From Malacoraja senta (lineage: Eukaryota), in contig JAXLNO010000571.1 of assembly GCA_038087875.1 (NCBI GenBank), positions 62,001-124,000 of the forward strand: a DNA stretch of 62,000 nt, read 5' to 3'. The notes beneath the pieces were generated by a model. It had not been told where the DNA came from. It was given only the letters and a program-made list of their open reading frames with translations, and searched no databases. Shown one piece after another: positions 1-13,055 of the stretch (the first letter of the stretch is position 1; every line of letters begins with the position of its first letter). The position numbers were made by a program, and so were the translations under genes.

Positions 1-319
1 TAACATTAATTGAAAACAATGGACCTGTCAATTCTCGTGATGGTTGTAAATTCCCTGCAATATTTATGCCTTGATAACCTTCTCAGTGTTATTCTGAAAA
101 TAGCAGACAAAAATTGCATAGCAAAAAAATATTTGTGTAATCCACGCAAGAATAATTCATAATGTTTGGTTTTGTTATGGGCGGCTGAAATATTGCTTGT
201 TTATAAATAGGCGGAGAAGCCAAGTAAACCTTGCACCATATTTGTCAAATCAAAGTCAACAGTTCAATTGTATGATTTGCTATTGCTTTTCATTGGCAAT
301 TATGTCTACCTTTTTTTTT

Positions 320-500
320 TAATGACATTTATACATCATTTTCATTAACTTAGGATATCTGGGCAATTCATGGGCAATTATGTATTTTGAAGCATAGTTA
401 CTATTGTAACTTAGGAAATTGTAATGCACCAATTTGTGCACTTGTTCTCACAACAGCAGTGAGAGAACGATTAGATAACCTCTCTTAGTGAAGCCACAGC
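320..500 (-). mobile_element. Old DeuSINE-like fragment
   Basis: Degenerate reverse-complement match to the 3' part of the copy at 44240-44640. Confidence 0.4.
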
Positions 501-592
501 ATGATCTTATTTTCAATCTGTGTCAAGTCTTTATATCGATGCATAATATTTTTTTATCTTGCAATGACTAATTCAAAAAGGACCAGCTTGTG

Positions 593-805
593 TCATAGAG
601 TCATACAGTGAGGAAAAAGGCCCTTTGGTCAAACTTGGCCATGCTGATCAACATATCCCATCTACACTAGCCAACACCACCTGCCAGCATGTGGCTCCAT
701 ATCCCTCCAGACCTATCCTATCCATGTACCCATCTAAATGCTTTTAAAATATTTACGATAGTATCTGCCTCGACTACTTCCTCCAGCAGCTCATTCCATA
801 CATCC
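593..805 (-). mobile_element. CR1 LINE 3' end fragment
   Basis: Minus-strand CTATGA-type tail and ORF2-end/3'UTR sequence resembling other CR1 ends in the window. Confidence 0.7.
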
Positions 806-1743
806 TGTGTCTTCAAATCTCTAACTCTTGCCTCTTATGGTTCCTTTCCCTTCCCCGATGACATAAATTCTGAATGGCAAGTGCTTCTGTATAACTGAAG
901 CAGTTTTTTTGCTGTAAAACCATCAACAGCCTTGCCATAGCAGGATTTGATCTTTTGTCTCTGGATCAAAACTTTGGCAGCTAGTCCAATAACCTAACCA
1001 TTATACAAATCATATGTGTAGTCTCAGAGCTCTAGCAACTTTGCAGAAGTAAACAATGTTAACAAATATGTGTCTGGTCTTTCAACTTAAAGTCCAGAGC
1101 TATTGATGCAAACGTCCTTCTCACCAGGACCTCATTGAGAACAAGGATTCTCTTTTTGGGATTAGAGCCTGTACAGAATGAAATGCACTTGAGCTCAAAG
1201 ATCTTAATTACCAACTTGGAAAGATATACTGTGCCCACTCAACAGAGAAGCTTTAAGGATGCCTTCATAAGCCAATGGTTTTAGTCCCTCTAATAAATCT
1301 TAAATCACTCAATACATCACAAACCTGAAAAGAAGTGAAAGTTTCTTCATTTACTTATAATGTTTCTTGTATATTACACTATTCTTCTCCCATTTTTCTT
1401 ATATCATGTGAAGCATTATGTTCACAGTAGAAAAGGTGTGCGTTGTGGGGAATGAGAATTACAGTAAGGGGGTAACACATTTAAAATAACTTGCATTTTT
1501 GCAGTATCGATCATGACTTCAACATGTACCAAAGGCCAATTAAATAATTATGAAGTTTAGTCAGAGTATAGAGAACAACTCTGAAAACACAAACATATTA
1601 ATAATCAATCTTGGAGATTGATATTAACGGGAATCACATGAGATGCATGAAACATGCTATGAATTATTTATTGTGGGATTAGCTTTCTCATCCCTGGTTC
1701 TCTAGGCAGTAGCTCTTGAGTCTACCTAGGATATTTAATTGGC

Positions 1744-2018
1744 AGTTTAGTTTAGTTTAGAGATATAGCGTGGAAACAAGCCCTTTGACACACCGAGTCC
1801 ACGCTGACCAGCGCACTCCATACACTAGCACTACCCTACACACGAGGGACAATTTTCAATTTTTTACCAAAGCAAATTAATCTACAAACCTGTACATCTT
1901 TGGAATGTGGGAGGAAACTGGAACACTCAGAGAAAACCCATGCGGTCACGGGGAGAACGTACAAACTTCGTATAGACAGCACCCGTAGTCAGGATCAAAC
2001 CTGGGTCTCCCGTTGCTG
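1744..2018 (-). mobile_element. tRNA-derived SINE (HE1/V-SINE-like)
   Basis: (CTAAA)n tail, conserved core (CTTTGGAATGTGGGAGGAAACTGGA...GAAAACCCA) and a B-box-like head, shared with at least 8 copies in the window. Confidence 0.85.
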
Positions 2019-2332
2019 TTGCACTTTATTCTTAACACTGACTATAAATCAAGTCCCATACTTGAAAGCAACACAACATACGTTCATAAATTCCTGCTTG
2101 TGATCCATACTTGTTGGCTGTGATTCTGTATCTTCAACAGAGTATATGTTTTTTCACCTCAGTCTTTCAACATATCCCACCTAAAATACGTATTTTACCA
2201 TTGTTCAGGTTTAGTGGTTGTAACACACAGATAATTGCTATTTAGTATGTTCCACCATTTAATTATGGCTGAATTGCATTTACCCATCTTGATTCTATGT
2301 CCTGGAAGTCCTTGCCTAACTAAGATCTCTTG

Positions 2333-2463
2333 AGTCTGAAGAAGGACCCTGACCCGAAATATCATCTATTCAATCCCTCCACAAATGCTGCCTGACTCAC
2401 TGAGTTCCTCCAGTGCTTCATGTATTGCTGAAGATTCCAGCATCTGCAGTTCTTTGCATCTCC
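2333..2463 (+). mobile_element. Penelope-like element 3' tail fragment with degenerate hammerhead core
   Basis: CTGAAGA...GACCCGAAA followed by ...GCTGCCTGAC...CCAGCATCTGCAGTT, homologous to 12730-12860. Confidence 0.7.
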
Positions 2464-3850
2464 AAAGATTTCTTGAAATTATTTAGCATATTTTCAACTG
2501 TCCACTTAATTGCCTTTAGCAATGAAGGGAGTTCTGTATTCATGTCACATTTTGCAAAGGAAACTGCTTCTTGACATCATCTTAAGGTATTGCCTCCTTG
2601 TTCTTGACTTCCTTATCAAATGTGTGAGAAAATATGGAATCAGACATATGCTTTCACCAGAGAAGCACACAGCAGCACTAATTTATTTAACATAGGATCA
2701 CACAATAATTTTGAAATGTGTTGTGGCCTAAAGACTCACTTAAGAATTTTCTCGTCGGCTTTTATTATTAAACCTTCTCCACTCATCGACATCCTGATAA
2801 AGTGGGGGAACCAGTTTGATTAAAAATCAACTCTCACCTTCAGGTGGTGAGCATCAATATAATTTTCACAAGTATAATTGTGATTAGCTTTACAAGTGAT
2901 GCTGTTTAATTACTGTTGCTTTTATCAAATACTTTCAGATTGTAATTTGGATTGCCTTGATTAATTGTTATATTTAGAATGTCCTGGCATCAGAAAAAAA
3001 GGGAAAATTATATTAGATAAATGACTTGCATAATAAGTATCCAATCTCATGTCTAATTCTGAACAGAACTGACCCGCACAAAAATGTATTATTTATAGCT
3101 TTTGCGATAGATAAAAAGACCATTGAGCTCAAGAGGGCCACACAAGGCAAATGTATATCAATTATTAAAATCCCTAGGGCAGATGGAAAATTAAATTGAA
3201 GAGGGTTTCAGAATGTTGGCCATCTATATAGATCATTTATATATCTATAGATCTGAATTCAAGTAAGTAGAGATCCTGTATAAAGACTTAGTCAAACCAC
3301 ACCTGGAGTACCATTATCAGTGAGGCCTACTGTATTCATCTTGGAGAGAAGGCAGCCTAGAATTATTAGAAAGATATCTGGACTCTGTGATGAATTTAAA
3401 TCAGAGATTAATAGACTTTATATATCAGAGGTATGAAGGGGTCTGGAGAAAAACGTATAAGGAACGAGATTACACATCAGTCATGAAATCATTGAATGTT
3501 TAGAATTGGAGGGTTGTGCTGCTAATTGGTTTATCCTTGCATCTCTGTTCTCCTGCTCCCATGGTTCCTTCGTTCCATTACACCATTGATGCTTATTAAT
3601 ACTCTGGCTCTATACATTGTCTGCAGTAGCTGCTGAAATCTTCAAGGACCAACTATTCATCATTAAAATGAACTTAAAGCTGTTGTTCATAGTTTGGGAC
3701 AGCGAAATCTTTTCAAGGGAGCCTTGAGGTGCCATTCTTTATAAATATACAGAATACATTTTTCTCTACACACCTTCCTGACCTGAGCAAGAACAATGTC
3801 AGAATCAGAGAGGTAAACATGTTGCTTATTAACCAGAGCCAATAACATGG

Positions 3851-3982
3851 ACTGAAGAAGGTTCTCAACCTGAAATGTCACCCATTCCTTCTCTCCAGAG
3901 ATGCTGCCTGTCCCGCTGAGTTACTCCAGCTTTTTGTGTCTATCTTCGGTTTAAACCAGCATCTGCAGTTCCTTCCTACACA
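3851..3982 (+). mobile_element. Penelope-like element 3' tail fragment with hammerhead-like core
   Basis: Near-identical to 12730-12860. Confidence 0.85.
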
Positions 3983-4701
3983 TGAATAAAGAATCTCGCT
4001 TTGCTTGTCATGATTCTGGATTTTTCTGCTTTATTGTGTGGTAAATCACTTTTGCAATGTGCAACTTTTAAACTTTTATCTCTCTTGCTGTTAATTTAAT
4101 TTAATAATTCCTCATCACTATCATACTAAATATCACTTTCCAACAAGATACTTCCATTAATATCTAAACAAGAACTCAAACTCGTTCTTAACCTCAGCCA
4201 ATCAATGCCTTCAGGAAACGTAAGGAGAGTAACGTGATTGGGGAGCGGTTATCCAAGAAAATCATTTGTTTACAAACTAAAACAACGTCAGCAGAGATGG
4301 GAAATCTGAAATAAAACAAAACATACTGGAGAACATCCAATCATCAACCTGTTGTTTGACTGTTCCAGGACTGTGCTAGTAACTTTATCCAATAACACAT
4401 CATCAGAGGAACCACTTACTATATGGAGCAAGAGGCAGGCAATGTTAGGGATACAGGTAACATCAATGAATAAGTCAATTCTAGCCAATTTCACCCATCG
4501 GCAGTGTCTTAGATAAAGTTCTGTTTAACTTTGCATAATATTTGTTCTTCCAGACTGAAAATAGATCTGTGCTGAGGCATTGAAACAAGTGATCTGAATT
4601 ATACATGACTCCATCAATCACGGGTCTAGGTGGCAAAAAGGAAACTAATAGTTTGATTGGTGATGTGACAACATCACTCAGAAACAGTAGATATAGGAAT
4701 A

Positions 4702-5056
4702 ATATACAAGATCGTGAGGGGCATAGATCAGGTGAACAGCCACAGACTTTCCCTAAGGTTAGAAGAGTCTAAAAATAGAAGGTATAGTTGAGAGGAAAAG
4801 ATGTAAAAGGGGCCCGAGGGATGTTTTCCACACAGATGGTGGTGTATACATAGAATGAGCCGCAAGAGAAAGTAGTAGAAGTGGATGCGATTACAACATT
4901 TAAAAGCCACTCAGACAGATTAATGGATGGGAAAGGTTGAAAAACTATGGGCCAGGTGTAGTAGGCAAGTTGGACCAGCTTGGTAAGTCAACTTGGTCAG
5001 CATGGATGAGACAGGCCAAAAGGACAGTTTATGTGCCGTATAGCTCTATGACTCTA
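4702..5056 (+). mobile_element. CR1 LINE 3' fragment
   Basis: Degenerate YKI.RGID ORF2 end, 3'UTR and CTCTATGA tail. Confidence 0.7.
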
Positions 5057-5523
5057 CAGATCATTTCCCATACTTCAGAATTAGTTGCTAATGCACTAAG
5101 TTAGCAATCATCTCCTTTCATTGGCCAACCTTTTTTGAAAGCAATAAATTAAATATAGGTCCGTAAATTATTCAATATGATTTGTCATGTTCCTTCCATT
5201 CATTTAAAGACTTTAAATAGCTGAATTATAGGAACATTTTAGAAGCATTCAAATAATCACCGAGAATGCAGCATTCAGACTATATTTCTAATACAAAAAA
5301 AAGGGCAGCCAAGTATTACATTGAATTTTATATTGTATAAACAGACCATTTGCTCTATCAGGTCTCATTTTTCTGCTGAGGACCTTCCTTATAACTTACT
5401 CCATCTCCCCTGCATCATATCTTTCTATTCCTTTCTATCCAGCATCCTCAAACACACATCAATGGGATTCACTCAACCATTGCATGTGGTGGCAAGTTCC
5501 CTGCTACCAGCAATCCCCTAAAT

Positions 5524-5620
5524 TCCTGAAGGAGGACCCTGACCTGAAATATCACCTATCCATGTTCTCCAGAGATTAATCTAGCGATGCTGAGTTACTC
5601 CACCACTTTGTATCTTTTCT
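5524..5620 (+). mobile_element. Degenerate Penelope-like 3' tail fragment
   Basis: CTGAAGG...GACCTGAAAT...TTCTCCAGAGAT...GCTGAGTTACTCCA, similar to 12730-12820. Confidence 0.6.
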
Positions 5621-5935
5621 CCATTGAAATAAAAATGGAAAATGCACGTCAGGCATCACCTATGGAACTCTTAACTCACTTAACTCAGTTTCTCTTGCCA
5701 TAGATACTGCCTGGCCTTGCGTGAGTGTTTCCACTATCTGCAGTTTTGTAATATTAAACATAAGATGAATTATAATCATGACCTTTTTTTGTAATTTAAC
5801 ATCTAGGACTTTCTTTACTCAATATCACAAGGGCCATACAAATGACTGAAGCCAATATAGGGAGTAGGTACCAACTCATACACTGCACTTCACTCACTGA
5901 AATGCCTTTGCAATTTCCTTGACCCAATTTAGTTT

Positions 5936-6764
5936 AGTTTAGAGATGCAGCATCTAATTAGGCCCTTCGGCTCACCGAGTTCATGTCGACCACGATCATC
6001 CAAACACTCCTTCTATCCTACACGCCAGAGACAAGTTTCCAGAAGCCAATTAACCTACAAACCTTCACGTCTTTGGAATGTGGGAGGACACTGGAGCACC
6101 CGGAGAAAACCCACGCGGTCACAGGGAGGATGTACAAACTGTGTATAGACAGCCCCCATAGTCAGGATCGAACCCAGGCCTCTGGGGCTGTTAAGGGCCT
6201 GTCCCATTTAGGCGATTTTTTAGGCAACTGCCGGCGACTAGGCTATTGCCACATGGTCGCCAGGGGTGTCGCCTGTATGGTCATGAGTAGTCTCCTTATT
6301 TGTCCAAAGAGTCGTAGCGTCTTTCTGGTCACCGTTGGATTTTTGAAATGTTCAAAACTTTTTGGCGACAGTTGCCGACCGTAGGCTTGTTGAAGCTTGT
6401 CTTCTCCTGACATAGGTGCTGTCGTAGGTTGTCGCCAGGATGGCGTAGGTTGTCGCCAGGATGGCGTAGGTTGTCGCCAGGATGGCGTAGGTTGTCGCCA
6501 GGATGGCATAGGTTGTCACCAGGATGGCGTAGGTTGTCGCCAGGTGACGTAGATTGTCGCCGGTGCTGACTTCGGTGAATTCCATTGTCGTATTCCCCGG
6601 CAGTCGCCTAAAAAATCGTCTAAGTGGGACAGGCCCATTAGTCCAGTCGCCGTTTTTTCGGCGACCTGCTACAACTATGACAGTCGCCGGCAATCACCTA
6701 AAAAATCGCCTAGTGGGACAGGCCCTTAATGCAGCAACTCTACGACTGCGCCACCATGCCGCCC
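5936..6764 (-). mobile_element. HE1-like SINE split by a MITE, with TSD
   Basis: SINE body at 5936-6190 and head at 6730-6764. Flanking direct repeat CCCAATTTAGTTT at 5923-5935 and 6762-6774. Confidence 0.85.
6194..6726. mobile_element. Non-autonomous DNA transposon (MITE), Harbinger-like (Kolobok-like not excluded)
   Basis: Terminal inverted repeats (TIRs) AGGGCCTGTCCCATTTAGGCGATTTTT / AAAAATCGCCTAGTGGGACAGGCCCT, flanked by TTA/TAA (also readable as TTAA). Internal 21-bp tandem repeat GTAGGTTGTCGCCAGGATGGC. Confidence 0.8.
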
Positions 6765-8469
6765 AATTTAGTTTCACTCCCTGTATGCAGTAAATTGCAA
6801 ATCAGAAACTATTCTTCAGCTGAAATAAGCTGTCATACAGAAATCAACGTTGACATGGAGTAGTGAAGCCTATCTATTGGCAAGCCAATTCAAACCTCGC
6901 TGTAAAGCATCTGCAACTGCACGATATACAAAGAAAGTTGCCCAGGGTTTGGTTGTCAAATGCTGCCGGGGTGAGAATGTTTTGGGCAGCTGGGAAACAC
7001 CATTAACGGAGGCATCATCATGAGAGTGAGGGATGCTCATGTAGCCTCCCTTTCTTGTTGATGACCCCAGCATGGTGAGGGATTTTCCCGAGGGAGAGAC
7101 TGCAATGCTCAGCAAGTTTGGCAATGGCATTGAAGGTTTGCTGAGTGATTTTGCTCAGGGAGTAAGCTGAGAGGAGCAGTTCTACCTCGACAATAGAAAC
7201 TACTTCTGGCACTACCAGAAACTTTTTCATTTAAAAAAAAATTGTATTTAGCGTTAATGTGGGGGGTTTTTTGCAATCTTCTTAGCTTTCGAAATTTTAC
7301 GTGCAATTTATGCATAATTTATGTTTTTGTACATTTGTCTGAGTCTATGTGCCTATGAGGCTGCTGCATGCAAGATTTTCATTGTACCTCACTGTAACTG
7401 CATGTGACAATAAACTCAACTTGATTTAACTTAACTTGACATCTAGTCTTTCTCTGGACCCACCCACGATGTTTGCTTTTATCTGGCTCCTGAAACATCC
7501 TGACAATGTACTAAGTACAAGCTGTACACAGGAACACACAGTAAAAGCATTGACAATAAATGTTGGCTTTTCCATGACAACCACATCCCAAAGATAAAAT
7601 TATGAAAACCGATGGATTGCTGTGTTCCTCCTGTGGCTGGTTTCAAAGTGACTTCCATCAATTAATTTAGGAACACTTCTGGGAAATGTTTAATCACTGT
7701 GGCCATAATCAGAACTAACTAAAATCAGAATAAAGATACAATGACTGATAAACTAATCCGTTGTTGGTGATATATGTATATATATGTTATGCAGCATTGT
7801 CAGGGGGCTACACGTTTACTCCCAAAATTTAGTTAGTTGCCTCGAATGCAATAAATTTCAGTTGCAGATTAGAACACCCTGAATCTTACTAATGGTGTGC
7901 TTTCTGTCACCAATTTGGTATTGAATTTCTCATCAAAATGTCCACGTTAAATATGGTATACGAATGAGAGATCTATATAGCATTTCAAATGCATAATAGA
8001 CGTGATATCTTCATGGACGAATGTGATTGTTCCAGTTCCTAAAGAGGATGAGAGTTGATTGAAATTCATGAATTTAACAGCTGCTCATATCCACCTTATC
8101 ACAGCTCCATCCATTTGCAATCTGATTTTCCATTTGATTATATATATCTTACAATGAGAGATTTGGAAGACATGTTCAGACTAGAAACAGAAATACCAGC
8201 CGCTTGCACTACCACCAGTGATGTGAGACATTCTAACTGTTTAAATAATGAATAATAATTGAATCTGAATTGAATAACGATGAACATTAATTGAATCTGA
8301 AGATTTAATTTTCCTTTTGCATTGGGCTCCTTGAGGGTTTCAAAAGCGTGATTTCTGAAGGATCTTGGCCTAAACCTGTCCCATCTGATCACTCATCATC
8401 TTATCTAGATCTAGTCTGTAAGTGCCATCATGAAGGCTCCATGACAAACAGAGGTGGAGGTGGTTCCAT

Positions 8470-9670
8470 TGCTCCTTGTGTCTGTCTCCCCATTCATCAG
8501 GATCATGGCTGATCTTCGATCTCAATGTTATTTTCCTACAACATCTTCATATCCCTCGAGGTCCTAACAATCCAAAGATCTATCTATCTCTGTTTTGAGA
8601 AGCTGTCCCTCCCCAGATCTCTTGGATAGAGACCTCCAAAGATTCATAGTAATACAGCACAGAACAAGCCCTTCAGCCCAACTTCCATACCGACCAAAAT
8701 GCCCATATAAGCTAGTCCCATTTGCCTGCATTTGGCCCATATCCATCTCAACCTTTCCTATCCATGTACTTGTCCAAGTGTCTTTTAAATGTTGTTATTT
8801 TACCTGTCTCAACTACCTCCTCTATACACCCAGCACCCAGAGTGAAAAAATTTCCCCCAACATCCTATTAACTCTTTCCCATCTCACCTTAAGTCAATGT
8901 TCGTGATTCACCTAGACTGGCTAAAGGATTCCGTGCATTCACCCTATCAATTCCCCTCATGATTTTATACACCTCTATAAGATCACCCCTTAGCCAACTG
9001 TGCTCCGAGGAATAAAGTCCCAGCTTGCACAATCTCTTCCTATAGCTCAGTTCCTCGAGTCCTGGCAACGTCCTCATTAATCTTCTCTGCACTCTTTCCT
9101 AGAGCAGGTTGACTAAAACTGAACACAATATTACAAATGTGACCTCACCAGTGTCTTCTACAACTTTGGTTTACACCAGCATCTGCAATTCCTTCCTACA
9201 CTCTTCTACAATTAAAACAGAACACCCCAACGTCAATACATAATGCCCTGACTGATGAAGGCCAATGTACCACAAGTCTTCTTTTCCCACCCTATCACCT
9301 TGTGACGCCACTTTCAGGGAACTGTGCACCTGTACTTCTATATCCCTCTCCTCTACAACACTGTCATTCTGTTCTGCCATTCACTGTGCAGGTTTGCCCT
9401 GGTTTGACTTCCCAAAATGGAACATCTTGCACTTATCTGCACTTGAATTAGCCATTCCTCAGCCCTCTTTTGTCCAACTGATCAAGATCCTGCTGAAATC
9501 TTTGATGACCCTCTTCACTGTCAATGATACCACCTACTTTGGTGTCATCTGCAAACTTACTAATTGTGCCTTGCGCATTCCCATCTACATTAATAAAAAC
9601 CACAAGCAGCAAATGATTCCAACACCGATCCCTGAGGCACACCACTAGTCAGAAGCATACCACTAGTCAC
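8470..9670 (-). mobile_element. Cluster of CR1 LINE ORF2/3' fragments
   Basis: Minus-strand ORFs with CR1 motifs (GLYS...[38 protein letters not shown]). Confidence 0.8.
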
Positions 9671-10422
9671 AGTCACTCTAAAATGTCTCTGAATTTTAGT
9701 CCTAAATAGTTCAATCCCATATCCTGAGATAGTGAGCCTTAGTTTTACACTTGCTGACCTGGGAAACATCCTTCCTGATTCCAGTCGGTCCTGCTGTGTA
9801 AGGATTTTGTAACTTTTTAAAAAGATCATTTGTCATTCTTTTCAACTCTGTAGAAAAGTCCAGGAGTAGACTACTAACGAGTCTAATCAAGTTATTCATG
9901 AATCTACTCATGAATAGTCCACTCAATCTCTTCTCATATTTCCTCTGCCATACTTGGAACCAGTCCAGTGAACATTTGCTGCACTCCATCCACAGCTGCT
10001 GAAATGGCAATTTTCAAATCAACCCTTGCTGCACTAACCTCTATCCTTCCTACATCAGGGGGACCGAAACTGAACAGTCTGCTCCAACTGCCATCTTACC
10101 AAGGGCCTGCGTGATTGCAGTGAGAAATCTTTACCACTGTCCACTCCTCTCATAATAAAAGTCAATGTGCAACTAGCCTTCATGTCGCTTGCTGCATATA
10201 CACGTTGGCCTTCAGTGCCTTGTGTAGAAGCACATCTAGGTACCTTTGAATATCGCTATTACCCAATCCCTCACCATTTTAGAAAAATCACCCCTTTCCA
10301 GCTTTGTATCCTGAAGTAAGTAACTTCATATTTTTATTATGACATTCTGTCTACCACAATCTAGCCTAATCACTGAGCTAGTCCATGTCAACTGGAAGCT
10401 CTTTACATTCTCTTCCCTATTC

Positions 10423-10703
10423 ATGGCACAGTGACACAGCAATAGAAACCAGTACAGCGCCAGAGACCCGGGTTCAATCCTGACCACAGGTACAATCTAT
10501 ACGAAGTTTGTACATTAGCCCTGTGAACGCGTGGGTTTAACTCGTATGCTATGGTTTCCTCCCACATTCCAAAGATGTTCAGGTTTGTAGGTTAATTGGC
10601 TTTGGTAGATATTTGTAAATTGTCTCTAGTGTGTAGGATAGTGTTGGTTTGCAGCGTGGACTCAGTGGGCCGAAGGTATCTCGCACTGTATCTCTAAACT
10701 CTA
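10423..10703 (+). mobile_element. HE1-like SINE
   Basis: B-box GGTTCAATCC, conserved core, 3' end TCTCTAAAC. Confidence 0.85.
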
Positions 10704-11396
10704 CTCAGAATTCCATCGTTTTGTATCTTCAGCAAGATGGAAATATGATATTAGATAGTTTGGCCGAATCAGTAATAGAGGAGGCCCCAAGCACCAATAC
10801 CTACAAATCCTATTAGTTGTTGAGTGAATGACTAGGCCACATGCACCAAACTCTGCCAGACCTTATTGGTCACAACTTGTCAATCTGAGAACCTTGTGAT
10901 TATTCCCACTCTTTGTTTTTTGTCCAGTAACCATTACATTATATGTGACATTATATTACTCACAATTCCTTATACTCTCACCTTCTTGATCGACCTCTTG
11001 TGTGGGACTTTATTGAAAACCTCCTGAAAATCTAAATACTGTCAAACTCCAACAATCTGCACCCCAGGGACATGTTTGGCATGGGATTAGCAGACTTTCT
11101 GCAATGTTGGACTTTGCTCCTATTAATACCCCAATGCACCTTTACTTCACTAGTATTACATGATATGCAGTAGTATAATAATTTTTGCAAATTAACCTAG
11201 TGAGTTTAAAAAGGATGGGATATAGAAAGCAGTATATTTCAGCAGTATCCTTTAGCTTGTTTAAAACATACAACCACTCTGTATTCCAGCTCTGGTTGCA
11301 AACTTCTCCATTTTGCTGACCCCAGCTTCTGTCAAAACCTACTCACTGTCCTGAGTTCCTGACCCCAGCTCTCACTACACACCTGGCCCACAGTCA

Positions 11397-12860
11397 AGTC
11401 CAAGGTGTAGCTAATGGGCACCCGCATGGGCCCCAGCTATGCCTGCCTCTTTGTAGGGTATGTTGAACAATCACTGTTCGAGGCGAACACTGGCCCTATC
11501 CCCAAACTCTAACTCCGTTTCATTGATGACTGCATCGGTGCTACCTCCTGCACCCATGCAGAACTCATGGACTTCATCACCAATTTTCATCCTGCACTCA
11601 AATTTACTTGGACCATCTCCGACACCTCCCTCTCCTTTCTTGATCTCACAGTCTCCATCAAAGGACTGACGTCTATTACAAACCCACTGACTCCCACAAC
11701 TATCTCGAATAGATTTTTTCCCACCCTGCTTCTTGCAAAGACTCCAATTCCTCCGTCTACGCCGCATTTGCGCCCAAGATGAGGTGTTCCATACTAGGAC
11801 ATCCAAAATTTCCTCATTCTAAAGGGAATGGGGGTTCCCCTCTCCCATCATAGATGAGACCCTCACTCGTGTCTCCTCGGTATCCCACAGCTCCGCCCTT
11901 GCTCCCCCGCCCCCTAGTCGCAACAGAGACAGAGTCCCCCTAGTCCTTACCTTCCACCCCATCAGCCGTCGCATACAACACATCATCCTCCAGAATTTCC
12001 GCCACCTCCAAAGGGGTCCCACCACTAGCCACATTTTCCCATCTCCACCCCTTTCTGCCTTCTGCAGAGACCGTTCCCTCCGCAACTCCCTGGTTAACTC
12101 ATCCCTTCCCACCCAAACCACCCCCTCCCCAGGTACCTTCCCCTGCAACCACAGAAGATGCAACACCTGTCGCTATACCTCTTCCCTCGACTCTATCCAG
12201 GGACCCCAGCAGTCCTTTCAGGTTAGGCAGAGGTTCACTTGCACCTCCTCCAACCTCATCTACTGTATCCGTTGTTCAAGATGTGGACTCTTATACATCG
12301 GCGAGACCAAACGCAGACTGGGCGATCGTTTCGGGGAACACCTTCGCTCAGCCCGCCTGAACCTAACTGATCTCCCGGTTGCTGGACACTTTAATTCTCC
12401 TTCCCATTCCTACACAGACCTTTCTGTCCTCGGTCTCCTCCATTGTCAGAGTGAGGCTAAACGCAAATTGGAGGAACAGCATCTCATATTTCACTTGGGC
12501 AGCTTACAGCCCAGTGGTATGAATATTGATTTGTCTCACTTCAGGAAACCCCGGCATTCCCTCTCTCTCTATCCCTCCCCTTCCAAGTCACACTAGCTTC
12601 TCGTTTTCACCCCACAAACAGCTAACAATGGCCTGTTTTCTTTATCATCGTTACTTTTTTGCATATCTTTCATTCATTGTTCTTTAGCTCGCCGCATCAC
12701 CATCTATATCTCTCGTTTCCCTTATCAGTCTGAAGAAGGGTCTCGACCCGAAACGTTACCCATTCCTTCTCTCCAGAGATGCTGCCTGTCCCGCTGAGTT
12801 ACACCTGCTTTTTATGTCTATCTTCGGTTTAAACCAGCATCTGCAGTTCCTTCTTACACA
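11397..12860 (+). mobile_element. 5'-truncated Penelope-like retroelement (Neptune-type), RT C-terminus + GIY-YIG, with 9-bp TSD
   Basis: Manual translation (with frameshifts) gives MGTRMGPSYACLFVG, RFIDDCIG, a Cys linker PCNHRRCNTC and NLIYCIRCSRCGLLYIGETKRRLGDRF (GIY-YIG). TSD CCACAGTCA at 11388-11396 and 12861-12869. Confidence 0.9.
12728..12760 (+). ncRNA. Minimal (short-stem-III) hammerhead ribozyme-like motif in the PLE 3' repeat
   Basis: CUGAAGA (12730-36), extra A, stem II GGGU-CUCG-ACCC, GAAA (12750-53), palindromic AACGUU. Stem I is only about 2 bp, so activity is uncertain. Confidence 0.55.
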
Positions 12861-12960
12861 CCACAGTCACCTTGGCTCTAGTTGCATAAGCGTCCTACTC
12901 TTTGGGGAGTAGGATGCTAATGCAGGGAGACACGACGTAGACATGTATCAAGATATCTGA

Positions 12961-13055
12961 CCAAAACACAAAGTGCTAGAGAAGCTCAGTGGACCAGGCA
13001 GCATCTGTGGAGGGCATGGACAGGCGATAGTTCGGGTTAGGACCTTTCTTCAGAT
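12961..13055 (-). mobile_element. Penelope-like 3' tail fragment, inverted relative to the adjacent PLE
   Basis: Reverse complement reads TCTGAAGAAAGGTCCTAACCCGAA...CACAGATGCTGCCTGG. Confidence 0.7.

Noticed and set aside
3859..3871. Apparent compensatory stem II (AGGTT-CTC-AACCT) in the 3852 hammerhead-like copy
   Set aside because: The changes from CGACCCG to CAACCTG are ordinary CpG decay, so they are not evidence of selection.
6243..6693. Repetitive ORFs (YAILATT / PSWRQPT)
   Set aside because: By-products of the MITE's 21-bp repeat.
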